Source of the DNA: Gammaproteobacteria bacterium | GTDB taxonomy: Bacteria > Pseudomonadota > Gammaproteobacteria > GRL18 | DNA: 64,000 nucleotides | Assembly (NCBI GenBank): GCA_016744395.1 | Contig: JADGEK010000012.1 | Coordinates: forward strand, 2,986 to 66,985 | Direction of reading: 5' to 3' | Part shown: positions 9,378 through 20,500 of the stretch, one piece after another | Layout of the letters: the number at the start of each line of letters is the position of its first letter | How positions within the stretch are numbered: position 1 is the first letter of the stretch | Program-made: the position numbers and the translations under genes | Notes under the pieces: generated by a model | Seen by the model: the letters and a program-made list of their open reading frames with translations, nothing else | What the model was told of the DNA's origin: nothing | The model's database searches: none

Positions 9378-10808
9378 TTATAAAGGTTTCAAATTGTGAT
9401 CTTTCAGGTTAATCAGTTTATCGGTTTGTTGGCGATTAAGTATCAAATCAACCAATGTCGTTGTATTTGGGTATAAAAAAGAAGTCCCTTCTCCGTCTTT
9501 TTTCGTACCATCATAGACAACAAATGTACCAGTTTTATAAGAAATATTAGGCAAAGGACTCGCAGCACTTACCTCCATAATAAGTCGAGCCTTCGATTGA
9601 TTTAAGGTTGCTTGCATTTCAGAAAGACTGTTGAGCTTGAGCATGAGTACCCTACAAGAAGGGTCAGCTGAGTGTTTATAATATTTTTTATTAAGTTGAT
9701 CATCAATCTCATGGGATAACTTAGAAAGCTCATTTTTTTTATCACCAGTCAAACCATTATCAACATAAAAGTGGATATAATAATCTTCAACAGAGCGATC
9801 GACATCATCGCGTGCGCTAAAAAAGAATTGTTGATACTTGTCTTTATAACGCCCTTCAGCCTTTAGATAATTTTTTTCGTTAATTTCCCTGAATTTCTCG
9901 GCTACTTCTGAATACTCATGAGAACTATTTACACTCATCGCTTTCTTGACCAATGACTTCGGTCCGATTCTTCTCTTAAAAGGCGCTTTGTTTGCCTCAA
10001 TTAAGGAACCGTGATTCATTTCATGGAAAACAGCAAAAGGGATATGATTAAATTTATTTTCTTTATGCCATTTTACCTTAGCAGGCTGTCCAGGGCTTAA
10101 AAAATCAATGGTACATTTTCTGGTATTGAGATTTGTGCCACAAATCCTTACCGTTCCATCGGTCCCTGGTTTTTTTCGGGCTTTTACGACAAAGGACTCC
10201 GCTTTGTCAGCATAATCAAACCCAGCAGCAAAAACAAAAGGATAGCATGTCAGATTTTCGTCCTCATTATTTAAAAAATAGTCAAAACCATGTAAATCCA
10301 TTTCTGAAAGTTCCCACTGAAAGGGACTGGCAGGTTCTAAGGCCTGCAAAACAATCTTACCTGACTCAAAAAAGTCCTCAGCCTTATATGAAAAAGGATT
10401 GAAAAAAGTTGAACGTAATCGCCCAAGAACTGATTGTCCCATGCTTGCCAGGTCAGAACCAAAGTTTGCAGGCGCAAAAAAAAGAATCCGTTTTACAGGG
10501 CAATCTATCTTAAGCCCCAACTCAATTTGGCGTTGACGGCGAAGGGCAAGCCAACTTCTTACAACTAACGCACCTGTACTGTGACAAGCTACATTAATTC
10601 GTTCGCCCTTATCAAAGTGTTTACTATAATCAGTATCTAGTTTATCAGCAAAATCACGAAAGGTCGCCTGATCATCCATACTCGCATAATCCGTATGAAA
10701 AACGTCTTTTTTATCTATTTTTAAATGTTCAACAAAAAAATCACGCAAACTTTTAAAGCTCATGGAACTATCAGAATATCCATGAATGATTAGCATTTTC
10801 TCAGCCAT
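9378..10808 (-). CDS. Alpha/beta hydrolase (lipase/esterase-like)
   Basis: IIHGYSD oxyanion motif, ACHSTGAL nucleophile elbow, APANFGS, TDGTVR, NHGS. Confidence 0.78.
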   Translation of the reverse strand: MAEKMLIIHGYSDSSMSFKSLRDFFVEHLKIDKKDVFHTDYASMDDQATFRDFADKLDTDYSKHFDKGERINVACHSTGALVVRSWLALRRQRQIELGLKIDCPVKRILFFAPANFGSDLASMGQSVLGRLRSTFFNPFSYKAEDFFESGKIVLQALEPASPFQWELSEMDLHGFDYFLNNEDENLTCYPFVFAAGFDYADKAESFVVKARKKPGTDGTVRICGTNLNTRKCTIDFLSPGQPAKVKWHKENKFNHIPFAVFHEMNHGSLIEANKAPFKRRIGPKSLVKKAMSVNSSHEYSEVAEKFREINEKNYLKAEGRYKDKYQQFFFSARDDVDRSVEDYYIHFYVDNGLTGDKKNELSKLSHEIDDQLNKKYYKHSADPSCRVLMLKLNSLSEMQATLNQSKARLIMEVSAASPLPNISYKTGTFVVYDGTKKDGEGTSFLYPNTTTLVDLILNRQQTDKLINLKDHNLKPL

Positions 10809-11098
10809 ACAATCAACTCCCTTTTTTCGTTACTATTTAATTGGATCGAGACTAACTTATTCATATTTTAGTAGTTAACAATCAGTTTTGACAGGCTGTT
10901 TAATTATTATATGTTATTATTCATAATTTCCAATTATTTAACAAAAAAAGCGATATGTTTTTCATAGCTTCTAATTCTTGTAAACTATTACATTGGTGTT
11001 TCAGAAATTTATGTTGTTTGAGAAATTAATGAAGAACCACAAAAAAACTCGGCCATCGTAAATGAAACATCAGGTTGAATAGTTCTTCCTTGAAATTA

Positions 11099-11674
11099 TT
11101 ATGAGTCTTCTTCAGTATATGCTTCAACTATTGCACTATTAATTTGATAGCCTGCTTCACCAATTTCAGTTGTTGTTTTATCTAAGGTGAGTTTTCCAGA
11201 AATTTGTATTGGCTGATCTGCATCATCGATACTAATTTCTTGTCCAGGTGCTGTTTTAACGAGTATTGTTTGATTAGCTGGTGGTGCTGGAACGTGAATA
11301 CAGGCACCAAAATAAGGGACTAATAAAAACTCACTGATTTTTCCATTATTTTGTGTTAAAGGTGCAATAAAACCTGGTAGTTTAATCTGTTTATTGGCCA
11401 GTTTTTTATTGAGTGGAGCGACTGCCATTTCATCAATAATTTTTTGATAAATTATTTCCGCTTGAGAAGAGTCATCTCTTAAACTATCAATTTCTTCTTT
11501 ATATTTTAATATAATGGCGTTTGGGGAATATTCATCAGGGATTAGATCATCCCACTCAATTTCCTCTGCTTCCTGAATACTTTGAGCAATATTTTTTTCC
11601 TGGACCTCTACTGAACTGTCCTTCTCACAAGCGAATAAAAATAAAAAACAAAAAAATACAATATAATTTTTCAT
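11099..11674 (-). CDS. DUF3299 lipoprotein (ZrgD/ZrgE-like)
   Basis: Lipobox LFA-C; WDDLIP; LPGFIAPL; EFLLVPYFGACIHVPAPPANQ. Confidence 0.85.
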   Translation of the reverse strand: MKNYIVFFCFLFLFACEKDSSVEVQEKNIAQSIQEAEEIEWDDLIPDEYSPNAIILKYKEEIDSLRDDSSQAEIIYQKIIDEMAVAPLNKKLANKQIKLPGFIAPLTQNNGKISEFLLVPYFGACIHVPAPPANQTILVKTAPGQEISIDDADQPIQISGKLTLDKTTTEIGEAGYQINSAIVEAYTEEDS

Positions 11675-11684
11675 ATAGTTCCTA

Positions 11685-12941
11685 CTAAAATTTGACGGTT
11701 AAACCATCAGTTAATGATTGTTTGTAAGCAATATATCCTGGTATTAAACTTAATAACAAACTTAAAAAAACTGCAATGATTAATATTACAAACTGTTCAC
11801 TATCAAGAAAATTAATGGCCAGATGTAAACCATATAATTCAGTAATCAACGGCTGAATCAATATTTGTATCAGGTATAATGAAAGAACGCCAAAAAAACA
11901 GCCTGATGAAACCACAAATAATGCTTCTAAAGAAAACAGTATCATAATGTGATAAGGATGTGCACCCACTGCTCTGAGCACTGCCATTTCGCGACGGCGC
12001 TCATTTAATGTTGATAATAATGTAGTCAACAAACCCATCAGCCCTGAAAGCAAGACTAACGTCGATATAGTCATTAGTATTTTTTCAAAACTGCCCACCA
12101 TCTGCCATAAATTAGCCAGCGTGCTACCTGGCACAATAGCCAAAAGAGGTTCTTTGTTAAATTGGTTGATTTTACGCTGTAGACGAAATGTATCAATTTT
12201 TCTTTCAAGTCCAAGCATAAATGCAGTGATAGACTTTGGTTTTAAGGATGATTCTTGTGTTTGTTCAGCAGAGATGCTTAATGAAGAGCGTGAGCCTGAT
12301 TGCCAGCCTATATGAATAGCTTCAATGCCAGATAGTGAAACATGAATTGTTCTGTCAACTGGGGTGCCAGTCTTTTTCAAGATGCCAACAATACGAAAGG
12401 GTTTATCATCATGTTCTGAAAATTTTGTAGAAACAATACCATGAGATAAAATAATTTGTTTCCCAAGCGAATATTTTAATTGGTGAGCAACATCATAGCC
12501 AATCACAGCATCGTAAATATGATTAAACGCAGAGCCTGATAAAAATTTAAGTTGCTGAGAGTCTGCATATTGATAGTGACGAAAAAAATCTTGTGTGGTA
12601 CCCATAACTCTAAATCCACGATGAGAATCTCCCAGAGAAATGGGTACTGACCATTTAACTGATTTCATTTTTATAATGTCTTGATAAGATGCGTAGGATA
12701 CATTATTAGTTGCATTACCAATGCGAAAAACACTATACAATAATAGATTAATTGGTCCACTACGGGCACCAACAATCAAGTCTGTTTGCGAAATAGTATT
12801 TAAAAAAGTATTTTTAGCTTCTTTACGTATTTTATCAACACCCATCAATAAAAATATACTAATGGCAATTGATATCATAGCCAGGGATAAACTGGTTTTT
12901 CGATTCCACGCACTTTTGGCTGCCAATTTAAATAGTTTCAT
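11685..12941 (-). CDS. MacB/FtsX-type ABC permease (ZrgC-like)
   Basis: DLIVGARSG..NLLLYSVFRIG, PISLGDSHRGFRV, ERRREMAVLRAVGA; four TM segments. Confidence 0.88.
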   Translation of the reverse strand: MKLFKLAAKSAWNRKTSLSLAMISIAISIFLLMGVDKIRKEAKNTFLNTISQTDLIVGARSGPINLLLYSVFRIGNATNNVSYASYQDIIKMKSVKWSVPISLGDSHRGFRVMGTTQDFFRHYQYADSQQLKFLSGSAFNHIYDAVIGYDVAHQLKYSLGKQIILSHGIVSTKFSEHDDKPFRIVGILKKTGTPVDRTIHVSLSGIEAIHIGWQSGSRSSLSISAEQTQESSLKPKSITAFMLGLERKIDTFRLQRKINQFNKEPLLAIVPGSTLANLWQMVGSFEKILMTISTLVLLSGLMGLLTTLLSTLNERRREMAVLRAVGAHPYHIMILFSLEALFVVSSGCFFGVLSLYLIQILIQPLITELYGLHLAINFLDSEQFVILIIAVFLSLLLSLIPGYIAYKQSLTDGLTVKF

Positions 12942-12954
12942 TTGCCCTCCCCTA

Positions 12955-13644
12955 TTAAATTAAATCTACTTGATTAATATCTGACATTTCAACAACTCTG
13001 GAAAAATATTTTGCCAAATAAGGATCATGACTGACAAAAATGATGGTGCTTTTTTGTTGATCAGCTTCATAAAATAATAGTTCTAAAAATTTCAAACGAT
13101 TTTCTGTATCTAAAGCAGAAGTTGGTTCATCGGCGATAATTATTTCAGGGCTTCCAATCAGAGCTCGGGCGACTGCAACACGTTGTTGTTGACCCACGCT
13201 TAATGTATTCACTGATTTTCCAAATAAGTTTTTAGGTATTTGTAATTCTTGAAGTAAATTAACACTGGTTTGGTGTAAATCATCGATACGACTCATTCGT
13301 TTGTCAGAAAACCAACATGGTAATTGAACATTTTCCAGTAATGTCAAATAGGGTAAAAGATTGAATTGCTGAAATATTACCCCTAAATGATCGACTCTAA
13401 ATTGATCTAATTGAGTGCTCGATAAATTATTTAGCTCTACATCCAGGACTTGTACGCTTCCGAAATTCGGTTTATTGATTCCAGTAAGAATGTTTAACAG
13501 TGTTGTTTTCCCACTACCGCTGCTACCCTGAATAAATAAGTGCTCTCCTTGAGCAATTGTTAATTGATTAATATTTATTATTTCTGCAACGTGTGATGAC
13601 CAACTAAAGTGAACATCATTTAATTGAATAACGGGATTTTCCAT
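12955..13644 (-). CDS. ABC transporter ATP-binding protein (ZrgB-like)
   Basis: GSSGSGKT Walker A, LSVGQQQRV signature, IIIADEPT Walker B, SHD. Confidence 0.92.
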   Translation of the reverse strand: MENPVIQLNDVHFSWSSHVAEIININQLTIAQGEHLFIQGSSGSGKTTLLNILTGINKPNFGSVQVLDVELNNLSSTQLDQFRVDHLGVIFQQFNLLPYLTLLENVQLPCWFSDKRMSRIDDLHQTSVNLLQELQIPKNLFGKSVNTLSVGQQQRVAVARALIGSPEIIIADEPTSALDTENRLKFLELLFYEADQQKSTIIFVSHDPYLAKYFSRVVEMSDINQVDLI

Positions 13645-13715
13645 TTGTAAAAAGTCCTTAAAAGCATCTTGAAAATTTAAAACTTAATAACTGAATTAAC
13701 GCTACTTTTAACCGA

Positions 13716-13796
13716 CCCATTCTTCAGAAAAGGAATTTGGAGGATTGAAAATCAACAACTTATCCCCCTATGGTCCCCCTTTGAAAAACAGGGAAG
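13716..13796. repeat. Degenerate inverted pair of CCCCCTTTGAAAAAGGGGG-type REP-like units
   Basis: cccattcttcagaaaaggaatttggaggat (13716-13745) is a decayed reverse complement of atccccctatggtccccctttgaaaaacaggg (13762-13793). Confidence 0.45.
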
Positions 13797-13826
13797 CTAA
13801 AAAATTAATCTAGAGATGGTCAGTAA

Positions 13827-14381
13827 TTAGAAATCAATATGACTATTGTTGATGCTTAAAGTCTTTGCTGATTGCTTATTATTAGACAGCCATTGAACAT
13901 CCAGTTGCTCAAAACCTGGAAAATTCTCAAACAGAGGTTTTAAGTTAACATTGGTTAAGTGCTTATTATCACCGCATTGATACTGATAAATCACTTCAAA
14001 CTCACTATGAGCTTCCTCATGAGCTTCTTCCTCGTGATGGTGAATTTCATCATTTTTATGGGAAAATGGTGACTCCACTTCAACAGATTTCAATTTGCAT
14101 TGTGCAGATTTTGGTATTATCAGAATGTTATCCGTTGTTTTCAAACGTGTAATAGCATTGGCTAGTAGTTGTTGCTGTTTTTCTGTTTTAGGTTGATGTT
14201 CAAAGCCTAAAATATTATGAGCAGGGCTGTGCAATTCAATGATGACATCCTCTTTGGAAATGGCGATTGCAAGTTCAGCTTTACCATGCTGATGTGCATT
14301 TTGTTGACGAGACTCTGTTTCAGCATAGGAAAAACCACTAAAAACAATAAAAAAAACAATAAGACATTGACTCATTTTCAT
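13827..14381 (-). CDS. DUF2796 / ZrgA-like periplasmic His-rich zinc-binding protein
   Basis: Signal peptide; AHQHG; SPAHNILGFEHQP; His/Glu tract HHHEEEAHEEAHSE; Cys pair; LFENFPG. Confidence 0.88.
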   Translation of the reverse strand: MKMSQCLIVFFIVFSGFSYAETESRQQNAHQHGKAELAIAISKEDVIIELHSPAHNILGFEHQPKTEKQQQLLANAITRLKTTDNILIIPKSAQCKLKSVEVESPFSHKNDEIHHHEEEAHEEAHSEFEVIYQYQCGDNKHLTNVNLKPLFENFPGFEQLDVQWLSNNKQSAKTLSINNSHIDF

Positions 14382-14459
14382 AAGTTATAGCTCCAAAAGG
14401 TATTGGGGATTAAAATACTATGAGCATATAAATACACTCAGATAAATTTATACTAAAAT

Positions 14460-14750
14460 TTAAGAAGCAGTCTGGTAAGGAGGTGCACGGATTAAATAAT
14501 CATTTTGAAAGAAATGAAGGCTAAATGAATTGAAATAGTTTATTGCAGAAAAAAAGAGGTTAGATGAGGGGATTGCAATATTATCAAACAGAGCATCATA
14601 TGATTGCTCAAGTGAAATAAAAATTTCACAAGATTCATCTTCTTGATGAAATGGATGCTCAGTCGCATGCACAAGCAATCCACTCTGACTAACGAGTAGC
14701 AGAGTAATAATGACAATTAGATGAAACCTTTTATAGCTGTTAAATTTCAT
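14460..14750 (-). CDS. DUF2607/DUF2946-like leader protein ending in RAPP
   Basis: N-terminal TM segment, HATEHPFHQEDESC, C-terminal IRAPP. First gene of the zrg-like operon. Start chosen at ATG 14750 (the track gives TTG 14774). Confidence 0.7.
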   Translation of the reverse strand: MKFNSYKRFHLIVIITLLLVSQSGLLVHATEHPFHQEDESCEIFISLEQSYDALFDNIAIPSSNLFFSAINYFNSFSLHFFQNDYLIRAPPYQTAS

Positions 14751-14923
14751 AAAGTGCATTAATTGAGGTTGCAAAGTCCATGCTTAATCAAAGGTTATAT
14801 TAAATAAATTATTTATTATAGAGATACTAACATAATATTTTTCAGTATTTAAATTAAATATCACCTTCTTATATTAACTATCAATATTTTATTAATTGTG
14901 TATGAAGTATTTAGTGTAGAAAT

Positions 14924-14953
14924 TTAACCCTTTCTTAACCCTCTTTGTAAGAT
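14924..14953 (+). promoter_or_regulatory. OmpR/PhoB-family direct-repeat box plus -10 upstream of the RND operon
   Basis: TTAACCCT at 14924 and 14935 (11-bp period), then TAAGAT at 14948-14953. Confidence 0.55.
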
Positions 14954-14985
14954 AATAATCTCAGAAATATTTTTGAGGTTATTGA

Positions 14986-16353
14986 ATGAAAACGAATAAG
15001 ACATTAAGGCTGCTTTTTATTGCCACCTTAATCAGTGCTATTTATGCTTGTCAACACATTGATACAATTGAATCCAGCAGTCGAATTGAACAGGATTTAA
15101 GTGCACATAGCCAGTGGCAGTCTGAACAGTTTCATGCACAAACTGTTATACAACTCATAGACTTGCTGGCAATTCCTGAACTAAATGAATTGATTAATCA
15201 AGGTCTAAAGAATAATCCTGGCATTCAAAGTACCGCTTTAGCCATTCAAGTGGCTTACCTTCAGAAAAAAGTGACTCGAAGTGATGCTTTACCTGCAGTT
15301 CAATTGGATCTTGATGCAGATAACGCAAAGGGTAATGATACAACCTATAGCAATCGTTTGTCAGTGAGTTGGGAGCTGGATTTATGGGAAAGAATAGCAG
15401 ATTCTGTACGTCGAGACGAAATGTCAATTGCTCAAATTCAAAGCAATTATCAGGCGACTCGTGATGCTTTGGCTGCAGATATTATGCGTAACTGGCTGAA
15501 TATTATATACCAACAGCAACTGATCAAAACAGAAAAACAACGTCTTGGGGTTTTAAAAAAGAATCAAGATATTATTTTAAAGCGCTATCGAGTGGGTCTT
15601 GGAGAACTGGAAGATTTAGACACAGCCAATAGTACGATTGCTTCCACAAAAGGGACTCTGGTCGAGTATGAAGAAGAATTGGCCAATGCACATCGAAGTT
15701 TAAAGCAAATACTTGGCGAGCTGGCAATTGATTATCACCTGCCCACAATATCACATTTCCCCGCTGTGATTGTTCCTCTTGCAACTGAGCCTAAATTTGA
15801 TCTGGCAAGACGTCCTGATTTACAGGCAATTTATTATGATATTCTCGCAAAGCAATATGCCGTCAGTGTCGCCTATAAAATGTTACTGCCCCGCTTTAGT
15901 TTAACGGCTTCTTTAGAAGAAAGTAACTCCGATCTGAGTGATGTTTTATTTAAAAGTCCTGCATGGAATTTATTAGGGAATTTAACAGCACCTCTATATC
16001 AGGGTGGAATGCTCAGGGCTGAAGCTGAAATTGCAGAACTAGATAAGGAAAAGGCTTTTTTAAATTATAAAGAACAATTACTAGAAGCGGTATATGAGGT
16101 TGAAACAGGCTTAAGTCGTGAATATGCATTAGAACAACAACAAACCCATATTCGTGAGGCATTAAGAAATGCAAAACGCAGTGCGGCACACTATCAGCTT
16201 AAATATCGTAAAGGACTGGTTGATGTTTTGGATCTACTCACAGTTCAGAAAAAAACCTTTGATTTACAGATTCAGGTCACACAAATTATGTATCAGCAAT
16301 TAACGAATCGTATTGATCTCGGTCTGGCATTAGGATTAGGAGTAATGAAATGA
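14986..16353 (+). CDS. TolC/OprM-family outer-membrane efflux lipoprotein
   Basis: Lipobox IYA-C, SWELDLW, RRPDL, LTAPLYQGG, two OEP repeats. Confidence 0.9.
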   Translation: MKTNKTLRLLFIATLISAIYACQHIDTIESSSRIEQDLSAHSQWQSEQFHAQTVIQLIDLLAIPELNELINQGLKNNPGIQSTALAIQVAYLQKKVTRSDALPAVQLDLDADNAKGNDTTYSNRLSVSWELDLWERIADSVRRDEMSIAQIQSNYQATRDALAADIMRNWLNIIYQQQLIKTEKQRLGVLKKNQDIILKRYRVGLGELEDLDTANSTIASTKGTLVEYEEELANAHRSLKQILGELAIDYHLPTISHFPAVIVPLATEPKFDLARRPDLQAIYYDILAKQYAVSVAYKMLLPRFSLTASLEESNSDLSDVLFKSPAWNLLGNLTAPLYQGGMLRAEAEIAELDKEKAFLNYKEQLLEAVYEVETGLSREYALEQQQTHIREALRNAKRSAAHYQLKYRKGLVDVLDLLTVQKKTFDLQIQVTQIMYQQLTNRIDLGLALGLGVMK

Positions 16354-17510
16354 TAATAAATATAAAAGGAATGCCTATTATAGTGACTTTATTAGCCGTT
16401 GCCAGCATCATGGCTGCTATCAGTTATAATGCTGAAAACATGAAGCAACAAGAAATGGGCAATGTAAAAACTAAATCACTGAAGGCTCCTGACATTAGCG
16501 TTGTTAAAGTGCAACAGGCTGATTTTCAATCGGTTATAACTGGTTATGGTGAGGCACAGGCACACTATCAACTGGAGCTCACGAGCGAAGTGAGTGGAAA
16601 AATTGAAATATTATCAGCAGTGTTAGAAACAGGCCATAATATTAAAACATCTGATTTATTGGTGACATTGGATGATACTCAATACAAAGAGGCACTAGCA
16701 ACAGCCAAAGCAGATTATGCTGATGCCAGACTGGCTTTACTTGAGGAGCAAAGACGAGGACAACAGTCTCAATTGGAGTGGGAGCAATCTGGCCTAAAAG
16801 GAAAACCAGAATCCCCACTTGTCTTACGTCAACCACAATTAGACTTTGCACAGGCACGATTAGAACAAGCCAAAAACACACTTAAAACAGCACAGAAAAA
16901 CCTCAGTAAAACAAAGATCCATGCCCCTTTTAATGCGGTGGTAGTCAAGCGAAATGTTCAGCCTGGTCGTTTTCTACAAGTGGGAACTGCCATTGCCACT
17001 GTCTATAGCACTGATAAAATTGAAGTCATGATCCCTCTTTCAGGAAATAACTGGCAGTTGCTGACTCAAATAAAAAAAGGGGATCACAAATTCTGGACTA
17101 TTACTTTAACTAACATTGAAAATCAACAGCAATGGCAAGGCTATGTTGGTCGAGTTGAACAACATATCGATAATGACAATCGTCAACGAACTTTGGTAGT
17201 GATTGTTGAGGATCCCCTTCAACAGAAAATACCATTGTACCCAGGGACTTTTTTACGTGCAGAAATACCAGGAAAGATTTTACAAAATATCTGGCGTATC
17301 CCTGCCTCTGCCATTTCTCAAACGGGTGATATATGGGTGGTTGCTAAGGATAATACTTTAAGTCGATATCCTGTCACAAAACTTTATGGACAGGGAGAGT
17401 TCAGCTATATCCTACCCGTCAATGCTCAACAGCATGCATTAATTGTTTTAAGACCACTTAATAGTTATGTTGTAGGGATGCAAATAAACCCAAGAGAGAA
17501 CAAATCATGA
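16350..17510 (+). CDS. RND periplasmic adaptor (membrane fusion protein)
   Basis: N-terminal anchor, SEVSGKI, coiled-coil hairpin, TKIHAPFNAVV; ATGA overlap. Confidence 0.9.
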   Translation: MIINIKGMPIIVTLLAVASIMAAISYNAENMKQQEMGNVKTKSLKAPDISVVKVQQADFQSVITGYGEAQAHYQLELTSEVSGKIEILSAVLETGHNIKTSDLLVTLDDTQYKEALATAKADYADARLALLEEQRRGQQSQLEWEQSGLKGKPESPLVLRQPQLDFAQARLEQAKNTLKTAQKNLSKTKIHAPFNAVVVKRNVQPGRFLQVGTAIATVYSTDKIEVMIPLSGNNWQLLTQIKKGDHKFWTITLTNIENQQQWQGYVGRVEQHIDNDNRQRTLVVIVEDPLQQKIPLYPGTFLRAEIPGKILQNIWRIPASAISQTGDIWVVAKDNTLSRYPVTKLYGQGEFSYILPVNAQQHALIVLRPLNSYVVGMQINPRENKS

Positions 17511-20500
17511 TGGCTGAAAACCCTCAATCAGGTATTATCAGTTGGTTTGCCAGTAATCCAGTCTCAGCCAATTTATTAATGTTGGTGGTTATTTGTTTAG
17601 GCTTACTATCGTTTAATAATCTTCGTAAAGAAGCATTTCCCCCAATGGAACCTGACTCAATTACGGTCTCTGTTACTTATGAAAGTGGTGATGCCAAACG
17701 TGCAGAAGAAGGTATTACGATAAAAATAGAAGAAGCACTGGAAACGGTCTCTGGTATAAAGCGTATTACTTCAACCTCCACTGCGACAGGCAGCCAGGTA
17801 AGCATTGAAAAAAACAGTGACTATAACCTTGATACACTACTGACAGATGTAAAAAATAATGTGGATTCAATTTATAATTTACCTTTGAATGCTGAAAATC
17901 CTGTGATTGAAAAAGAACGTCATCAGAATCATGCCTTATGGCTACAACTCTATGGTGAGGCTGATCGAGAAAGCTTACAACAATTGGCTGAGAAATTAAA
18001 AATAGATTTACTGGCTAAATCATGGATCAGTGAGTTGAAGATCAAAGGTAAAGCACAACCTATGATTTCAATTGAAGTAAACGAAGGACTTTTGCAATCG
18101 TATGATTTGACTATCACTGAAATTGCAACTGCCATAAAAAATGAATCATCAACCTCTTTGACCACCAGTTTGCGTAATGACAATAAAACATTACGTTTGA
18201 AGGTGGCAGAACAGGCCTATCACTCTGGTGACTTTTCACGCATTCCTATAATAAAACAAAGTGATGGTTCTTTAATTACCCTGGCTGATGTTGCCAAAGT
18301 AACAGAAACCTTTGAAGATGATCCACAAATTTTGTCACGTTATAATAAACAAAATGCCATTGCCATTGAGCTTTATAGTGATGAGTATGGTGATATTACT
18401 AAAATTGTCGAACAGGCTCACGATGTAATGCAAAACTGGCATGATCGAAATCTTTTACCCAAAAATGTTATGTTGGAGAGTTGGGAAGATCAAAGTTTTC
18501 TCATTACCGATCGTCTTAGCCTGTTAACTTCAAATGCCCTCTCTGGCATTGCCCTGGTCTTCATCATATTGGCCTTATTCCTAAATTTACGTGTTGCACT
18601 ATGGGTTGCTGCTGGTTTGCCCTTTGTCTTCTTTGGCGCCCTATTTTTTATGACTGACAACTTTGCTAATCTGACCATTAATGAAATGACAACATTTGGT
18701 TTTATCCTGGCTTTAGGTATTGTGGTTGATGATGCCGTTGTTGTTGGTGAAAGTATCTATTCTACTCGAAGATTAGAGGGCGATACCCTCGAAAGCACGA
18801 TTAAAGGGACACTTAATGTGGCGACTCCCACTTTGTTTGGCGTATTAACCACCATGGCTGCTTTTATCTCTCTGGCTAATTTATCAGGTATGATGGGGCA
18901 TGTCTATTCACAGTTTGCAACCATTATTACCATTTGTTTACTATTGTCTATCATCGAATCAAAACTCATATTACCAGCTCATATGGCACACTTAAATACT
19001 CATCGAAAACAAACTGTATGGTGGCGTAATCCCTGGCAATTCATTCAAAGCCATTGTGATATGAGCCTGCAATGGTTTAACCAAAACATTTATCGCTATG
19101 TCATTGAATATGCATTACGGTTTCGCTATGCGGTGGTCCTTTTCTTTATTGCCTTATTGATTCTGGTACTTGGTATGCCCAATACAGGTGCCGTAAGGGT
19201 GGTTTTTTTTCCTGAGATTCTAGGTTCAGTGGTTTCTGTCAATATGACCATGCAAAATGATGCCAGCTTTGGTCAAACTCGAATTAATCTTAATCAATTG
19301 GAAGACTTGGCTATATTGGCCGATAAACAATTAATGATGAGTAGAGAACAAACTGGTAGCAATATTACAAGTTTACAACTGTTGTCTGAGGATGATTTTT
19401 CAGGAAAAATTACCATTGAACTCAGCCCTGAATCCACTTATAACGTGGTTGAATTTGAAAAAAAATGGCAAGCGTTAGCAGGAACACCTGAAGGTGTAAA
19501 AAAACTCAAGTTTATGGCCAGTTTTGGCATGATGGATAATTTCAAAGTTGAGTTAAAATCATTGAATGAATCAACCGTCAAGGCAGCTGGTGAACAGTTT
19601 AAATCCATGCTTAAGCAAACAGCCGGGGTCAGTGGTATCGATGATAATCTTAATCCAGGTCAGCCACAGCTGCGTTTTGAACTGACAGAACAAGGGTTCG
19701 CAATGGAAATGGATACCGCCTCCTTAGCACGTCAGGTTCTACAAATGTTTGGTGGTGAAATAGTACAGCGCTATCAACGGGATCAAGATGAAATCAGAGT
19801 TCGTGTTCGATACCCGGAAGAGGCTCGCCAAACTCTTGCGGATGTACAAAAAGCCCATGTCCGTACTCCCTCTGGTCAAGTGGTACCACTCACCTCTGTG
19901 GCTAAAGTAATGTTTAACTTTCAACAAGATGAAGTCACTCGAATTAATGCACAGCGAGCAGTCTACCTGACCGCAGTGGTTGATAAGAGTATTATTGCAC
20001 CACAAGAATTAGTACAGTATCTACAACGAGAACTGGTGCCAGAGCTTATGGCTCAATACCCTGATCTGACCATTCATTTTGCAGGTGAAGCTGAAGAACA
20101 GATGGAAACCACGAGTTCTATGATAGAGTTATTTATTGTTGCTTTATTGGCCATTTATGTATTGCTGGCAGTACCATTGAAGTCGTACATACAACCCTTT
20201 TTGATAATGACTGCGATACCCTTTGGTGTTGTTGGTGCTATTTTGGGCCACTGGTTTAATGATTTGGCCTTAAGTATTTTATCATTAAATGGTATTCTGG
20301 CTCTGAGTGGTGTGGTTGTTAATGATAGTTTACTCTTAGTGTCACGTTTTAATCAGTTACGAAAACAAGACATCTCCATACATGACGCTATTGTAGAAAC
20401 GTGTATGGGACGTTTACGTGCTGTATTACTGACCTCTGTCACTACTTTTGCTGGCCTGGCACCGTTATTAAGTGAGACATCTATGCAGGCCCAATTTTTA

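Noticed and set aside
14780..14860. Possible Zur box upstream of the zinc operon
   Set aside because: AT-rich sequence with only a half match to TGTTAT-N3-ATAACA; no convincing palindrome.
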